This document shows positions 37,253 to 51,411 of a DNA stretch of 64,000 nucleotides, piece after piece; within the stretch, counting starts at the first letter, position 1, and each line of letters opens with the position of its first letter. Under the pieces are notes generated by a model, which ran no database searches, was not told where the DNA came from, and worked only from the letters and a program-made list of their open reading frames with translations. Position numbers and translations under genes: made by a program. Source of the stretch: Octopus sinensis (Eukaryota); assembly GCF_006345805.1 (NCBI RefSeq), contig NC_043006.1:40052001-40116000 (forward strand). The letters are read 5' to 3'.

Positions 37253-37520
37253 TGAGGCGCAATGGCCCAGTGGTTAGGGCAGCGGACTCGCGGTTATAGG
37301 ATCGCGGTTTCAATTCCCAGACCGGGCGTTGCAAGTGTTTATTGAGCGAAAACACCTAAAGCTCCACAAGGCTCCACACTTTCTTTCTGTTGTACCTGTA
37401 TTTCAAAAGGCCAACCTTCTCTCACTCTATACCACGTTGAATCTCCCTGCGAACTACGTTAAGGGTACACGTGTCTGTGGAGTGCTCAGCTAATTTCACG
37501 TTAATTTCACGAGCAGTTGT
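37253..37520 (+). mobile_element. SINE family C with an internal deletion
   Basis: gaggcgcaatggcccagtggttagggcagcggactcgcgg (A box) ... ggtttcaattccc (B box-like). Confidence 0.88.
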
Positions 37521-37914
37521 AACTCCGAACACAAACGCAGCCGAAAGTGAAATTCATTTCTCATCAAAGAGAAATATAATTTGCTCTTGTTGCTGTGACA
37601 ACAGTAACAAGTGCAAAAGTACTAGCAGCAACGATAATGACAACGACTACTGCAGCAGCAACAATGTAAACAGAGTAGTACCTCCACCACCACAACAACA
37701 ACAAACAGCAGAAACAACAACTATATCAAAAACAACATCAGCAACAAGATGAACAAAGAAGTAACATGAACAAGATCGAAAATAGCAACAGTGTTAACTG
37801 AGGAAAATAACAACAACAACAACAACGAAACCAACAACAGCAGAAGCAGCTGCAGTAGCAGCCATAATAGCACAATGAACCTCAACAAAGCTGTTTCCTT
37901 TTCTAAAGCCGATA

Positions 37915-39297
37915 GCAAATGGACTATTTTTTTCGGTGGATGACTTGAAAAATAAGGCACATGAAATACAAGAATGACATTATGAAACCAGGAGTTAGGT
38001 ACCTTAGTGAAGAGGAGAAAAAACTTCTGAAAGACGAACAATTGTTTATAAATGTGTTTCTCGCAAGGAGAGGAAACTTAAATTTCCTACTCCGGTAGAC
38101 ATCGAAAAATGCCATCGAAGATGTGTGGCCCTCAGTGCTAAACATACAGAAAGGTAAACAATATAGGATGTTTGCTGCTATGTGCAGCGGTGGGCAAGAA
38201 GCCAGAAGAATGGCTACTATAACTTGCACGTCCCAGGCTTTTGTAATGATTCCTCATTACATGGGTAAAAGGTTGACTAGAATTCTAGTCAAGAACGTGC
38301 CAGGTCACCGTGATCCGGCGAGGGTTTTAGCCATTCTGGAAGAACATGAGGAGATTGTGGAGGTGATGTTCACCCTACAACTCAAGAGGACTTGTTTCTC
38401 CAGAAGAAATAAATCGCATTCCCGATATTTTCTGTTTCGGGGAATGTGAACAGATGCCATTTTCTATAGAAGGAAAAAAAACGGAAGTGTTTTGTGTGTG
38501 GGAATTCGAACTACCTCAAAGCCTTTTGCCCTGCAGTAGAGTCTGTTCCAGAGGACTTTTCGGTCGGCGACTATTATGGATAATTTCCAGATGTCTTTGG
38601 CTTGGCAGTGCTACCGAGGAGCGCTACGGTTCGAGATTAACTCTACAGGCTTGAATGTGCTATCAGACGAGCTTGTCCGAGTTGCACACACAGCGACGAA
38701 ACCGTTCTGCATGCACTAGTTCAGTGTCTGGGCATTGCTGACTTGTGGTGTTATGTCGAACAGCTGCTGTCGCGTATGGGACGGATCCGTCTATCGACCG
38801 AGTCCATGATGATGAGTGCCCCGCCGCCCTCCTTAAATCGGGCAGGTAAGGCAGCTTTCCTTTGCCCGGTGGCTGTGGCAAAAGAGGTGCAAAAAGGTTA
38901 TTTGGTGGATGAAGCTGAAAAGAAAGAGGACAGAAACATTCCTCTTCGGTAAAGCCCTCATCGACTTTTTCAAGTTTCCCTTGAAAAGGAAAGTGAGGGT
39001 AGAGAGCGAGGTGCTGTCCTCGAATGAGTTTACCAAAAGGTGGGTGTAAATTGCGCATATGGAAAGACTGAATGGTACCAATCTCAGCGTAGACCTTCGA
39101 GTCGGAGGAGAGGAGTTCGAAAAGGCATTTGTCCGTAGTATCCAAGGTGATCTTGGATGATGGGGTTTCTCCATCATCCCTAGAGGTCCTTCTGTATCAG
39201 GAGGACCCCATCACCATAACTTTTTTTTCTAATTGCTGTATATAATATATACTTCAATTCTTTTGATGTATACTCTGTATACGTTCTCCCTTTATAT

Positions 39298-39395
<98 letters not shown>

Positions 39396-39496
39396 TTCCA
39401 TTGTAAGTAAACCCCCACACTTCATGTCTGTTTCTGTATTGTCTCTAGCATCCTTCGCCAGGCTGGCAAATAAAGAAATTATTATTATTATTATTA

Positions 39497-39540
<44 letters not shown>
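37915..39540 (+). mobile_element. Decayed Tx1/L1-like element with ORF1 only (CCHC zinc knuckle), ending in aataaa plus (TAT)n
   Basis: Frame 37982-38449 (..KGKQYRMF..HYMGKRLTRILVKNVP..); CFVCGNSNYLKAFC knuckle at 38488-38529 (H>Y); no EN/RT seen before the tail. Confidence 0.6.
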
Positions 39541-39836
39541 GAAGTGCACGTAGTTCTTTGGCAGCCTAAGTCTGGTTAGAAGTAAAAGTTTGAAGAAAAA
39601 CTTTGTGCTTTTCACTTCAATGATCCGATGAAGACGATAGAGATCAGATTCTGGGCATTTAAAGGCACTTAAAGCAGAAGCTTCTTTTCACTTAAGGTCA
39701 TATTGCTAAATTCTTCGAGTTACAGAGTTCTTTGATACGTAAAAAAAAATAAAGTAAATAATGTCCATGATGCGATAGATAATGGTGAAAAACTTTGATG
39801 TCGTGGTTGCTATATACATATACAATATACATATGC

Positions 39837-39885
<49 letters not shown>

Positions 39886-40318
39886 ATGTATATATGTATA
39901 TATAAGTATGTATATATGTATATATAAGTATATATATGTATATTTAAGTATATATATATGTATATATATAAGTATATATATATGTATATAAGTATATATA
40001 TGTGTGTGTATATATGTATATATAAGTATATATATATGTGTGTGTTTGTATATATATATATGAATATATATAAGCATATATATATGTGTGTGTGTATATA
40101 TATATATATAAACAAAATGTATGGGATGGGTGGAGGGGACGAGGGTGGGTTCAAAAGCGGCGTTTAAAAAATATGAAAGTAATGGACAGATAGTTCATCT
40201 AAATAGTTTATATACATATGTATATAAATACGTGTATGTGTATTTGACTGTATGTATATGCATATGTGTAAGAAGGGTATATATATATAATATATATATA
40301 ATATATATATGCACACAC

Positions 40319-40352
<34 letters not shown>

Positions 40353-40549
40353 ATATATATATGCACACACACACACACATGTACATACCTTGCAAACACA
40401 CATATGTGTATATAAATATACGCATATATTCATGCATATACATACGTACACAAACAAACAGGCTTAAGTAATATAAAGGCGAAGAATAAAAAACTAAATC
40501 ATTTTTTTCTTTTCCTCACAGAAATATGCAAGCTTACATACGTATGTAC

Positions 40550-41103
40550 ATGTACATATATGTAGTAACAAATAACACATAACATATATACAAACTCTCA
40601 GCCCGCCACACAAATAGTGCACGTATGTGAAGGCGTCCTTGTATGAGCGTGCATATAATATATATGGGTGTGTGTATGTAGATTAGGGATGTAAACAAAT
40701 TTAAGTCTTGTGTTAGCAAATATGAAATTTCAATAGGATACTTAATCTCGGCATCAAAAATGAACGGCAAAGCGAGTTTCTTGTGTGAAAATATATAAAC
40801 ATACATACATACATACATACATACATACATACATACATACATACATACACATACATACATACATGCATGCATGCATGCATGCATGCATACATACATACAT
40901 ACATATATGCATATATGTGTACATGTATATATATAAATGTGTGTATATGTATGTGTATATATATGTGTGCATGTGTGTATATGTGTATATATGTATGTGT
41001 ACATGTATATATATGTGTATATGTATATATATATATGTGTATATGGATATATGTATATATATGTGTATATGGATATATGTATATATATGTATATGGATAT
41101 ATG

Positions 41104-41153
<50 letters not shown>

Positions 41154-42046
41154 TGTGTGTGTGTATATGTGTGTATATATATGTATGTGTATATGTATTT
41201 ATACATATATATACAGAGAGAGAGAGAGAGAGATGGGGAGAAAAAGAAAGAGAGAGAGAGAGTGTGTGTGTGTGAGTGAAAGAGATGACATGAAAGCCTC
41301 ATAAAGATAGAACCAATGTCTTTGACTAAGTATTTGATACTGGAAGTGTGGAAGAAAAGAAAACAAGGTTTGCGGTCCATCGTCTAACTTCTATAATTAA
41401 TAGAACATTGGGGATCAGTTTAATAAGTTATTACCGCATTTTTTGCTGTTGTTTTTTTTTTAACGAGGGTACCAAGGCTAGGATCGTGGACATGCATAAA
41501 ATAACGAACATTTATATATATTGTCTTAATAATGTTGGTGTTGCGGTGGTGGCGGTGGTTGAATTTTTTTGTGACTCACGTTTTTTTCTTAACCCTTATA
41601 TTTTTTTCTTTATTGGTGACGGTGAAGGTGTTAGTGGAATTGGTGCCTGTAGTGATGGTGGTGGTACTGGCTGTGTTGCGGATGGTTGTGGTTATTGTAG
41701 TGGTAAGCAGTGTTGGCTAAGAGATGTGTTTGTCTGACTTCTTATAGAAGCGGAAATAGTCGTAGCATTTTTGATGATGTCGGTATAGCTACCTTGGTAG
41801 TGGTGGCAATAACGATTTTATATGTGTATGTGTGTGTGTGCGTATATATACATATATGTGTATATATACATACATGTGTATATACATACATGTGTGTGTA
41901 TATATATACATACATATATGTGTATATATATATGTGTGTGTGTGTGTAGATATATATGTGTGTGTATATATATATACATATATATATATATGTATGTGTG
42001 TATTTATATATATACATATATATATATGTGTGTGTGTGTGTGTATT

Positions 42047-42089
<43 letters not shown>

Positions 42090-42220
42090 ATTTATATATA
42101 TACATATATATGTGTGTGTGTGTGTAGATATATATGTGTGTGTATATATATATCTATATATATATGTATGTGTGTATTTATATATATACATATATATATA
42201 TGTGTGTGTGTGTGTGTATT

Positions 42221-42281
<61 letters not shown>

Positions 42282-42327
42282 ATTTATATATATATATATA
42301 CATACATACATATATATATATATATAT

Positions 42328-42360
<33 letters not shown>
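40550..42360. repeat. Large compound microsatellite field (TA/TG/CATA) with higher-order units
   Basis: Direct inspection; source of many IYIY/VCVC ORFs. Confidence 0.9.
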
Positions 42361-42481
42361 CATGGTGATTTAAAAGTCGCCATACATAATTTATTTTTTA
42401 TAAGAAAGTTCTTTTTTTATTTAACACTTTCTTATAAAAAAAGAAAATTTTCCTATGTATGCTGACTTTTGAATCACCCTG
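42361..42481. mobile_element. 121-bp Tc1/mariner MITE
   Basis: TA|catggtgatttaaaagtc...gacttttgaatcaccctg|TA. Confidence 0.85.
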
Positions 42482-42499
42482 TATATATATATATACGCA

Positions 42500-42718
42500 C
42501 ACGACGGGGTGTTGAAAAGCTCCTGGCTTTAAGGTTATCGCGAAATACCTAGTTGGAGGCTCAACCTTCCAAGTTCTTTTGCAGGGTTTTGAAAACTGAA
42601 GGACCGCTGCAATAAGTGAGTAAATCTGAGAGCGGGATATGTTCAATCAAATCATATGTAACTGATCCTCCTTTATTTTCTTTTACCCAAAACTAGGAAC
42701 TTTTAAGCACCCACTCGA
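42500..42718. mobile_element. Mariner-derived MITE
   Basis: cgacggggtgttgaaaagctcctggc ... ctaggaacttttaagcacccactcg; internal LKDRCNK resembles a transposase C-terminus. Confidence 0.7.
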
Positions 42719-43866
42719 ATGTATGTTTGTATATATATATATATGTGTGTGTGTGGTGGATACATTATAACCGGGAGGAGATAAGAAACGACTAAACTCT
42801 GTGAGAAAAAAATCGAGTGATATTTACATTAAAGGAAAATGAATCTTTGTCAAAATCTCATTCTGTTCCAGCGAATAAAGATAGCGAATTAGTCCATCAT
42901 CCACTTATATCATGGCGTCGTAGCTTGCAGTTCTAAACATATGATATTGTGTGTGTAATACTTTGATACACAGAGATTGAAATAAGAAAATGCCCCCCAA
43001 AAAATAAATAACAATAATAAATAAGAAGAGTGGTCTCGGCTGGAGCAACTTTGATCGTAATCCTATTGATTAGAGCTGGAATGGGGCGAAATAGCAACAA
43101 TAGCATTTTTTTGTTTTCTCAAATGTCAGATGTGTCAGAATTTATCCGGTGGTAAAAACATTGCTTTTTTTTGTCATTACCGGCCTTTTTAAGTGATGTA
43201 CACACACACATACACACATCTTGTTGATGTAGTCCAGGAGTTCTCAACCATTTTCTTTTTCATGGGCTTCTTTGATTTCTGTTTTACTGAGAAGGACGCC
43301 CATAGCCATTCGGTATTCTCAAAGTCCTATCATATATTTATACTTAAATACTATTAAGAGTTCTAAACAAAAATATTAAGCTATTTTGTGTACTGTAGAA
43401 GTATCACAAGTTTAATGTAGATAAATTTTAACATCAATATCTTATACGGACCCCCAAGAGCCATATTTTGAAGGAGTTTAATTTAGTGTTCGAAATTCTT
43501 TTAGTCTGAATTTGTAATTTAAAGCCATATTAAATTTCTTCAATTTTTGTATGCATAAATTAAGTTTATAATTTTCTATAATTTCATTTAGTATAATAAT
43601 ATCTATTAGCTTAAACTACATTGAATTATCTAATTAGTAATAAAAATTCGGTGCTGATATTAATTTCAGTGATGAGTAACTTAACGAAGGTGACAAATGA
43701 AATATGATGAATATGAGAAAAACAGTAAATGTAAGAATTATCTTATCTTGGTAGGATGTTGTTTTTTATTTGGTGTTTCTTGTATATACAGGATAATTGT
43801 TATTCTTGCTGTCATTCATTGGTTTATCTATTTAAGAAATCATTTGGAAGTTCTCCTATTGGCATG

Positions 43867-44424
43867 GATCAGGGACGTTTTGGCATAGCTGCTTGACAGC
43901 CGTTTTGGTAGCGCCTGTTTGGCATCTCTGATTTACTTGACATCAGTCGTTTTAATGCTCCTTTCCTTCTCTCTCCCTCTCCTCTTTCTCCTTCCTTTTT
44001 TCTCCTTCTTTCTCCTTTCTTCTTTCTTTTTCCTTCCTCCTTCCTTCCTCCTCCTTTCTCCGCCTCCCTTCTTTCTTCTCCTTCCTTCTCCTTACTTCTC
44101 CTCCCTTCTCTTTTCTCCTTTCTCTTTCCTTCTTTTTTCTCGCTGTTTCTCTCTCTCTCTCTCTCTCTCCTCTCTCTCTTTGTGAGTATATTTCTCTGTC
44201 TCTGTATAAGAGATTAAGTTTTTATATCAATCGAGTTTAATTAATAAATTTCAATGTCTTTCTCGTTCTCTCCCTCTCTATCTGTGTTTATTTCTGAACG
44301 TGCGCACAAGTGTATGTGTTTGCTTTCAGCGCCAAAAACTACTATCACCAAAACAAGCTCAATGTCCAGTCAACCGTACCAAACTGCCAGAGGCCAAACA
44401 GCAGCGCCTAGTCGTCTCATTTCG
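43867..44424. mobile_element. Second, inverted copy of the 843-2001 DNA element
   Basis: Colinear matches to both ends and to the internal gacatt.aatttattaat..aactcga segment of the first copy. Confidence 0.7.
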
Positions 44425-44659
44425 TACTGACACTGTACTTTGGATTGCACCTAGAATTTCATCCTTTGTGAAGTAGTATCATTATCATAGAGAACACTGA
44501 TTATTTTAGCCTTGTATTCTGGTCTAAAATTTTCAACTTTTACGCGAGTATATATACTGTGTATACACTGTATGTACACTATGTAAATGCAGGTCTCAAA
44601 TACCGAACACGGCCACTGTTCAATAAAGTACTAATAACATGTAACTAATCTTTATAATA

Positions 44660-44835
44660 TAGGCACAAAACCCGAAATTCTGAAGGGGTTAGTCGATTAC
44701 GTCATCCTCAGTGCTCAACTTGAACATTTTCATAAAAGATGAAAGGCAAAGTCGACCTCGGCGGAATTTGAACTCGGTACAAAAAACCTGAAAAAAAAAT
44801 GCCGCTAAGTATTTGGCGCAACCTGCTAACGATCG
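44660..44835 (-). mobile_element. SINE family B
   Basis: gatgaaaggcaaagtcgacctcggcggaatttgaactc. Confidence 0.8.
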
Positions 44836-44937
44836 GACCGTGTTCCACCTTTTAGGATGGGTAACTATGTAAAGTTTAATGTAAAGCCTTCTGAATTCTA
44901 GTTTTTGATTAGAAAATCCCCTAGTACATTCCTATCG

Positions 44938-45312
44938 TGGAGGCGCAATGGCCCTGTGGTTAGGGCAGCGGACTCGCGGTCATAGGATCGCGGTTTCGAT
45001 TCCTAGACCGGGCGTTGTCAGTCTTTGTTAAGCGAAAACACCTAAAGCTCCACGGGCTCCGGCAGTAGGTGGGGTGGGGGGAGGTAAACTCTGCTGTCTT
45101 CTTTCACCACAACTTTCTCTCAGATTCTACCTGTTGTACCTGTATTTCAACGGGGCAGCCTTGTCACACTTTGTGTCAATGCTGCATCTTCACGAGAACT
45201 ACGTTAAGGGTACACGTGTCTGTGGCGTGCTCAGCCACTTGCGCATTAATTTCATTGTTCCGTTGATTGGATCAACTGGAACCCTCGTCGTCGTAACCGA
45301 CGCAGTGTCACC
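44938..45312 (+). mobile_element. SINE family C (full length, tRNA head)
   Basis: ggaggcgcaatggccctgtggttagggcagcggactcgcggtc...ggtttcgattcc ... tail ctcgtcgtcgtaaccgacg. Confidence 0.9.
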
Positions 45313-46724
45313 ACATTCCTATCACCTTAACTATAATCCCTATTTTAGTTCTTTTTAATACTGGCCTTACGGTTGAATCCACCGTTTCAGATTGGTCTTT
45401 GAACTCTCCTCATAGGCAATATTATGAAAAAAAAAACGGATGTTATTTAATTTGTGTACAAATATGCAGAGTGACAGAAAAATCCGAAATAAACGGGAAA
45501 ACCATTTAAAACTTTCATAACGGCCACTTTTTACTCATTTAGTCCTGTATAAAGAATCTATTGGATACAGAAACAAGAAAGTGCCTTACCAAGGTTAACA
45601 ACTGAAATGTGTTTATACTATATTTCACAGCTATACATTCTGAAAAGTTAATTCATCTCTTGCTTGAATTAATAAAAAAAAAATGACAAATCTGGAGAAG
45701 TAGGAATAGCTTAAGCCGGTATTACATATACGCATGTATATATGTCATTGTTCAGTTTTATTTCAATAGAGAAAGAGCCGGTTTCTAACCTAGATTCAAG
45801 GCTCCTTCTTTGAATTTCAACATCAGAGCATTTTTGTTTGTATGTATACGTGTAGATTTGCATGTTTTGCTTTATGTATGTATGTATGTATGTATGTATG
45901 TATGTATGTATGTATGTATGTATGTATGTATGTATGTATATGTTCACTGGGTTGTTGTAGCAGGGGTGGGAATGGTACATTAGCGGTAATTGTGTTAAAT
46001 GTTGCGGAAAAACGCAGGTGAAGTTTGTGGTGTTGTTTGAGATGAAACCGTAAGGAAATGTTATAATGGTTGTGGTGGTGGTGTTAGCAGTGATGATGAT
46101 GAAATACGTGCTGATAGTGGTGTTGTTAAAGAGGAGGTTCAGATGAGAAAGAGGCTGATAAAAGATAATACGGTGGAAGCGTGCATCTGGAGAGTAGAGT
46201 GGGGAAACCCAACTTCTGCCATTTTACATGTACATGAAATGCACTTTAAGTGACCTTTGAACAAAACAAACAAAAATGACGGAAAACTATAGGAAAGACA
46301 CGAATGCTAATACCGAGCTTCAAGCTTCATTCTCTGTGATTCCGAAATTTTTTGATCTAAGAATTGCATAATAAAACTGTGATGGCCTCGGGTTTAATTT
46401 GAACTCCAATCCCACAAATATGTTCAACTCTTGAAATGTCATTGGTATGAGCATCATCAAGGTAATTGCCCAGCGATACATCAATAATGTGATCAATATA
46501 TCTATATCTATCTCTTTCATGATAGAATTTAGCATATAAAGTACGGATATGTTAGATATGCACCATAACATCTATCTTGTAACATATTCGAGAAAAAAAA
46601 AGTGGGAAATCTTTATGCATTATCCATTATATGGCGGTGGACTGGGGTTGATGTGACTGACTGATCCACTCTATCGAAACTGCTGGCTTTATGCAAAAAT
46701 TTGAAATCAATATACTAATCAAAA

Positions 46725-47545
46725 TATGGTAGCTGACTGGCTGAATTGTTAGAGTAACGGAGAAAAAGGTCTTGTAGTATTTAGTTACGGCTCTTCATGT
46801 TCTGAGTTCAAATCACGATAAGATCAGCTTCGGCTTTTAACTTGGAGGAGTCGATAAAATAAAGTTCCTGGTAAGTACTGATATTGATTTTGTCGACTAG
46901 GCTCTCTGCCATAATGTATGACGTTTTACCAAAGTAAGGAATAAATATCTTAATATGGCGGCGAGCTGGTAGAAACTTTAACAGGCCGAGTGAAATGCTT
47001 AGCGGTATTTCGTCTGCCGTTACGTTCTGAGTTCAAATTCCGCCGAGGTCGACTTGCCTTTCATCCTTTCGGGGTTGATTAAATAAGTACTAGTTACGCA
47101 CTGGGGTCGATGTAATCGACTTAATTCGATTGTCTGTCCTTGTTTGTCTCCCCTGTGTTTAGCCCCTTGTGGGTAGTAAAGAAATAGGTATTTCGTCTGT
47201 CTTTAGGTTCAGAGTTCAAATTTCGCCGAGTTCGACTTTACCTTTCATCCTTTCGGGTTCAATAAACTAAGTACCAGTTGCATACTTGAGTCGATCTAAT
47301 TGACTGCCCACCACCACCCTATCCCAAAATTTCGGGCCTTATGCCTCGAGTACAAAAGAAATATTACCCCTACTTGAAAGGCGGCTCGCTTGCAGAATCG
47401 TCAGCATGGCGGGCAGAATGCGTAGCGGCATTTCGTTCGTCTTTCCGTTCTGAGTTCAAATTCCGTCGAGGTCGACTTTGCTTTTCATCTTTTCGTGGTC
47501 TATAGAATAAGTGCCGGTTGAATACTGGGGTTGATCTAATCAACT
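46725..47545 (+). mobile_element. Cluster of family B SINEs: diverged monomer 46725-46900, dimer 46955-47352, monomer 47378-47545
   Basis: Repeated ggcggcgagctgg...ttctgagttcaaattccgccgaggtcgac...cctttcatcctttcgggg. Confidence 0.88.
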
Positions 47546-47671
47546 TACTCTCTCCACTTTGTGAAAAAATTTGGAACCAATATTACCTCTGCCTTCCACC
47601 AAAGTGAACGAATGAAGAGCAGAAAAGGGGATTTTACCATAAATGGAACTATTCTTTGAATGCATTTTGTA

Positions 47672-47995
47672 CAGGCATAACTGTGTGGTTAAGTATTTCA
47701 CTTTTGCAACCAGGTGGTTCTGGGCCCAGTCCCGCTGCTCGGTACATTGGAGAAGTGCCTTCCACAATAGCTACGGATCGACCAATAGCTTGTCAGTAGA
47801 TTGGGTTATACGGAAACTGTGTAGAGTCCTGTCGTATGTATTTATTTGTGAGTGTTTGTGTTTGTCCCACATCATCGATTGTTGCCGGTTTGTTTACGTC
47901 GCCGCAAATTAGCGGTGTGTCAAAAGACACCGATAGAATAATTACCATGCTTAAATGAAGAAGTGCTAGGGTCGATTTATTCGACAAAACCTTGC
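47672..47995 (+). mobile_element. SINE family A (diverged)
   Basis: caggcataactgtgtggttaagt...agacaccgatagaataa...ggggtcgatttattcgac. Confidence 0.75.
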
Positions 47996-48029
47996 TTGAC
48001 CGCAGTCCAGCAACTGAAATGTGTTTTTT

Positions 48030-48332
48030 TGTTGTTGTTGTTTGTTCCTTCTCGAGCCATGCCTGGCTCATAAGGGCCGGTTTCCCAGTTTCTTGGCGTA
48101 TAGGTTCCCCACCTGGACGGGACACCGGTCCGTCGCAGATGAGCTGCAAGATGCAGGAGGAAAGAGTGAGAGAAAGTTGTGGCGAAAGAGTCAGCACAAG
48201 TTCGCCATAACCTTCTGCAGGAGGCGCGTAGAGTTTAGGTGTTTTCGCTCATAAACACACACATCGCCCGGTCTGAGATTCGAACCCTCGACCGCGAGTC
48301 CGCTGCTCTAACCACTAGGCCATGTGCCTCCA
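48030..48332 (-). mobile_element. SINE with a family C head and an alternative 3' tail
   Basis: Minus: ggaggcacatggcctagtggttagagcagcggactcgcgg... then cccgtccaggtggggaacctatacgcc...gagccaggcatggctcgagaagg(AAC)n. Confidence 0.8.
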
Positions 48333-49042
48333 CCAACTGAAATATGTGAGAGGGAAAGGATAAACTATTACAACCGACAGAATCTGAGAGAAATTGTAAT
48401 ACCGTATATTTACGCGTGAATCTATTTCTATTTAGTGTCATTATGCATGTAAATGGTTTCGTTTTTCGTAAACAGAGCTCGTTCATGTTTTCGAAAGTTT
48501 CTTCGTTTTTCGTTTTATACATATATCTCAGCCACGTTTTGCTTTCCCCTTTCTGATTTTTCCTTCATCACATATCTCGTTATCTCGTTCATTTGTTTTC
48601 TTTCTGTTTGTTTATTTCGCACAATACATAACTCGCTAAGGTTGAATAGAGCCAGGCCTCGTATTTAATGTTCAAATAACTTGCGAAGAGAAACAAAAAC
48701 AAACAAACAAACAAAAACATAGAGAAAACGAAAAACTTTTTTGAAGTTTCACAAAACAAGCAAAACATCAATTATTTATTTTGCTTTTGATAGAAAATAT
48801 TTGCTTCCTAGCTTCAGTTGTTTCTGAAATACCAAAGCATTCGTCCAGGCAAGTGGAGAAACCAGTCAACTAAAGAATTATGATAAACACAACGACACTT
48901 GATATCTTCGTGGCTAGATATGTTGGTGTGGGATAAATGGTGGTGAGAGATGCTAACAATAAGTAAAGCTAGGATGGCAAGAGAACTTCTAATGAACGTA
49001 TGTGTGTGTATGTATGTATATATACACACACATACACACAAT

Positions 49043-49220
49043 CAGGAGTGGCTCTGTGATAAGAAGCTTGCTTTCCAGCCACATGGTTCCAGGCTCGGCC
49101 CCACTGCGTGTCACCTCGAGCAAATGTCTTCTACTATAGCCTCGGGCCGACCAAAGCCTTATGAGTGGATTTGTGGATTTGATGAACAGAAACTGAAAAA
49201 AAAACCGTCGTTTATATGTA

Positions 49221-49291
<71 letters not shown>

Positions 49292-49490
49292 TACACATGC
49301 GTGTGTGCCTCTTTACCGCCTCCCACCTGCCACAATCGCCTGACTTAATGTTGGTGTGTTTACGTCCCCGTAATTCAGAGGTTCGGCAAAAGAGACCGAT
49401 AGAATAAGTCCTAGGGTCGATTGTTCGACTGAAGCGGTGCTCCAGCATGGCCATAGTCAAATGACAAACAAGTAAAGGAGTGAAAGAATA
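49043..49490 (+). mobile_element. SINE family A (full length)
   Basis: caggagtggctctgtgataagaagc...gcggtgctccagcatggcca.agtcaaatgac. Confidence 0.9.
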
Positions 49491-49600
49491 TATGTATATT
49501 TTCATATATATATATAAATATATATATACACACACACACATGTATATATGTGTATATACACATACGCGTACATACAAACACACACACATATATATATATA

Positions 49601-49963
49601 TCTTTTACTTGTTTCAGTCAAACTGCTGTCATGCTGGAGCAACGCCTTGAAAAATGTCTTAAAGCTAGGTACTTATTCTATTGGTCTTTTTTTTTTTACA
49701 GCAATGCTAAGTTACGGGGACGTAAATACACCAACACCGGTTGTCAAGCGGTGAGGTGGGGGAGCAATCACATACAAAAAGACGCATTCAAAAATATGTA
49801 TATATACGACGGGCTTCTCTCAGTTTCCGTCTAACAAATCAACTCACAAACTTTGGTCGGGCTGAGATCATAGTAGATGGCAGTTGTCCGAGGTGTCACC
49901 CAATGGGACTGAAACTGGAACCATGTGGCTGAAAAGAAAGGTTCTTACCACACAGCCTCGCCT
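49601..49963 (-). mobile_element. SINE family A (full length, inverted relative to 49043)
   Basis: tcttttacttgtttcagtca...atgctggagca.cgcc...ttaccacacagcc. Confidence 0.88.
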
Positions 49964-49969
49964 ACGTCT

Positions 49970-50548
49970 ATAGGTAAGTAGGTAGGTAGATAGGAAGATA
50001 GACAGGTAGGTAGATAGACAGATAGGTAGGAAGATAGACAGACAGGTAGGTAGATAGACAGACAGGTAGGTAGATAGACAGACAGGTAGGTAGGTAGACA
50101 GACAGGTAGGTAGACAGACAGACAGGTAGGTAGATAGATAGACAGACAGGTAGGTATGTAGATAGACAGACAGGTAGGTAGGTAGATAGACAGACAGGTA
50201 GGTAGGTAGATAGACAGACAGATGATAGGTAGACAGACGGATAGATGATAGGTAGACAGACGGATAGATGATAGGTAGACAGACGGATAGATGATAGGTA
50301 GACAGACGGATAGATAGGTAGACAGATGGATAGATAGGTAGACAGACGGATAGATGATAGGTAGACAGACGGATAGATAGGTAGACGGATAGATAGGTAG
50401 ACAGACGGATAGATAGGTAGACAGACGGATAGATAGGTAGACAGGTGGATAGATAGGTAGACAGGTGGATAGATAAGTAGACAGATGGATAGATAGGTAG
50501 ACAGATGGATAGATAGGTAGACAGATGGATAGATAGGTAGACAGATAG
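49970..50548. repeat. Compound (GATA/GACA/GGTA)n minisatellite
   Basis: Direct inspection; source of the 245-aa and 217-aa SVYL ORFs. Confidence 0.95.
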
Positions 50549-51197
50549 ATGTGTGTGCGTGTGTGTGTGTGTGTATATATACAGTATATTACCAACAAAC
50601 GACAACTAAGTATTGTTTTGACCTACTGAGAGTGCGATACTTAGTACCAGGCATTCCTGGCGTCCTACATATTGCAATACCTAGATTCAAATCAATCACG
50701 TAACTGATCACTCCCTACCTCACCTGTGGTGTGTGTGTATATATATATATATATATTATACACACACACATATTTTGGCATTTTAGTCGGGTCATATGAC
50801 TTACAAGACAAACTGATGTTTATCCATACAAGGCCTGTCTATCAAGTAACTATGGGCAGAGATCTACACAAGGTCGTTCTTTCTCTATACAATACAAAAT
50901 CTTAAACTTTGGAAGCCTCTCAAGTCAACTTCTAGAACTGTGTCTTTATTCCAGCTACATCTACTTATTGTTTCTACTTAGTTAACATCAATACAAGGTG
51001 TCTATTTGGTCGACATCTACGAACTGTATGTAGCCATCCAGTCAATATCTACGCACTATGTCTGTGTAACGAAAATCTACAGACTGCATCTAATCAATAT
51101 CGATAGACTTGTGTCTATAAAATCAACATCTAATCCATTGATCATTACCAACCCATTCGCGAAACATCACTTCCCCGCTCCGTGTCTCTTTTTCTCT

Positions 51198-51250
<53 letters not shown>

Positions 51251-51327
51251 CGTATATATACACGTGTGTATGTAGGCTTGAATATATATATATATATAAT
51301 GTATGTATATCTATACATGTATAGTAC

Positions 51328-51411
<84 letters not shown>

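Noticed and set aside
46320-46571. 83-aa minus-strand ORF and an alternative frame DHIIDVSLGNYLDD
   Set aside because: No recognisable homology or splice acceptor.
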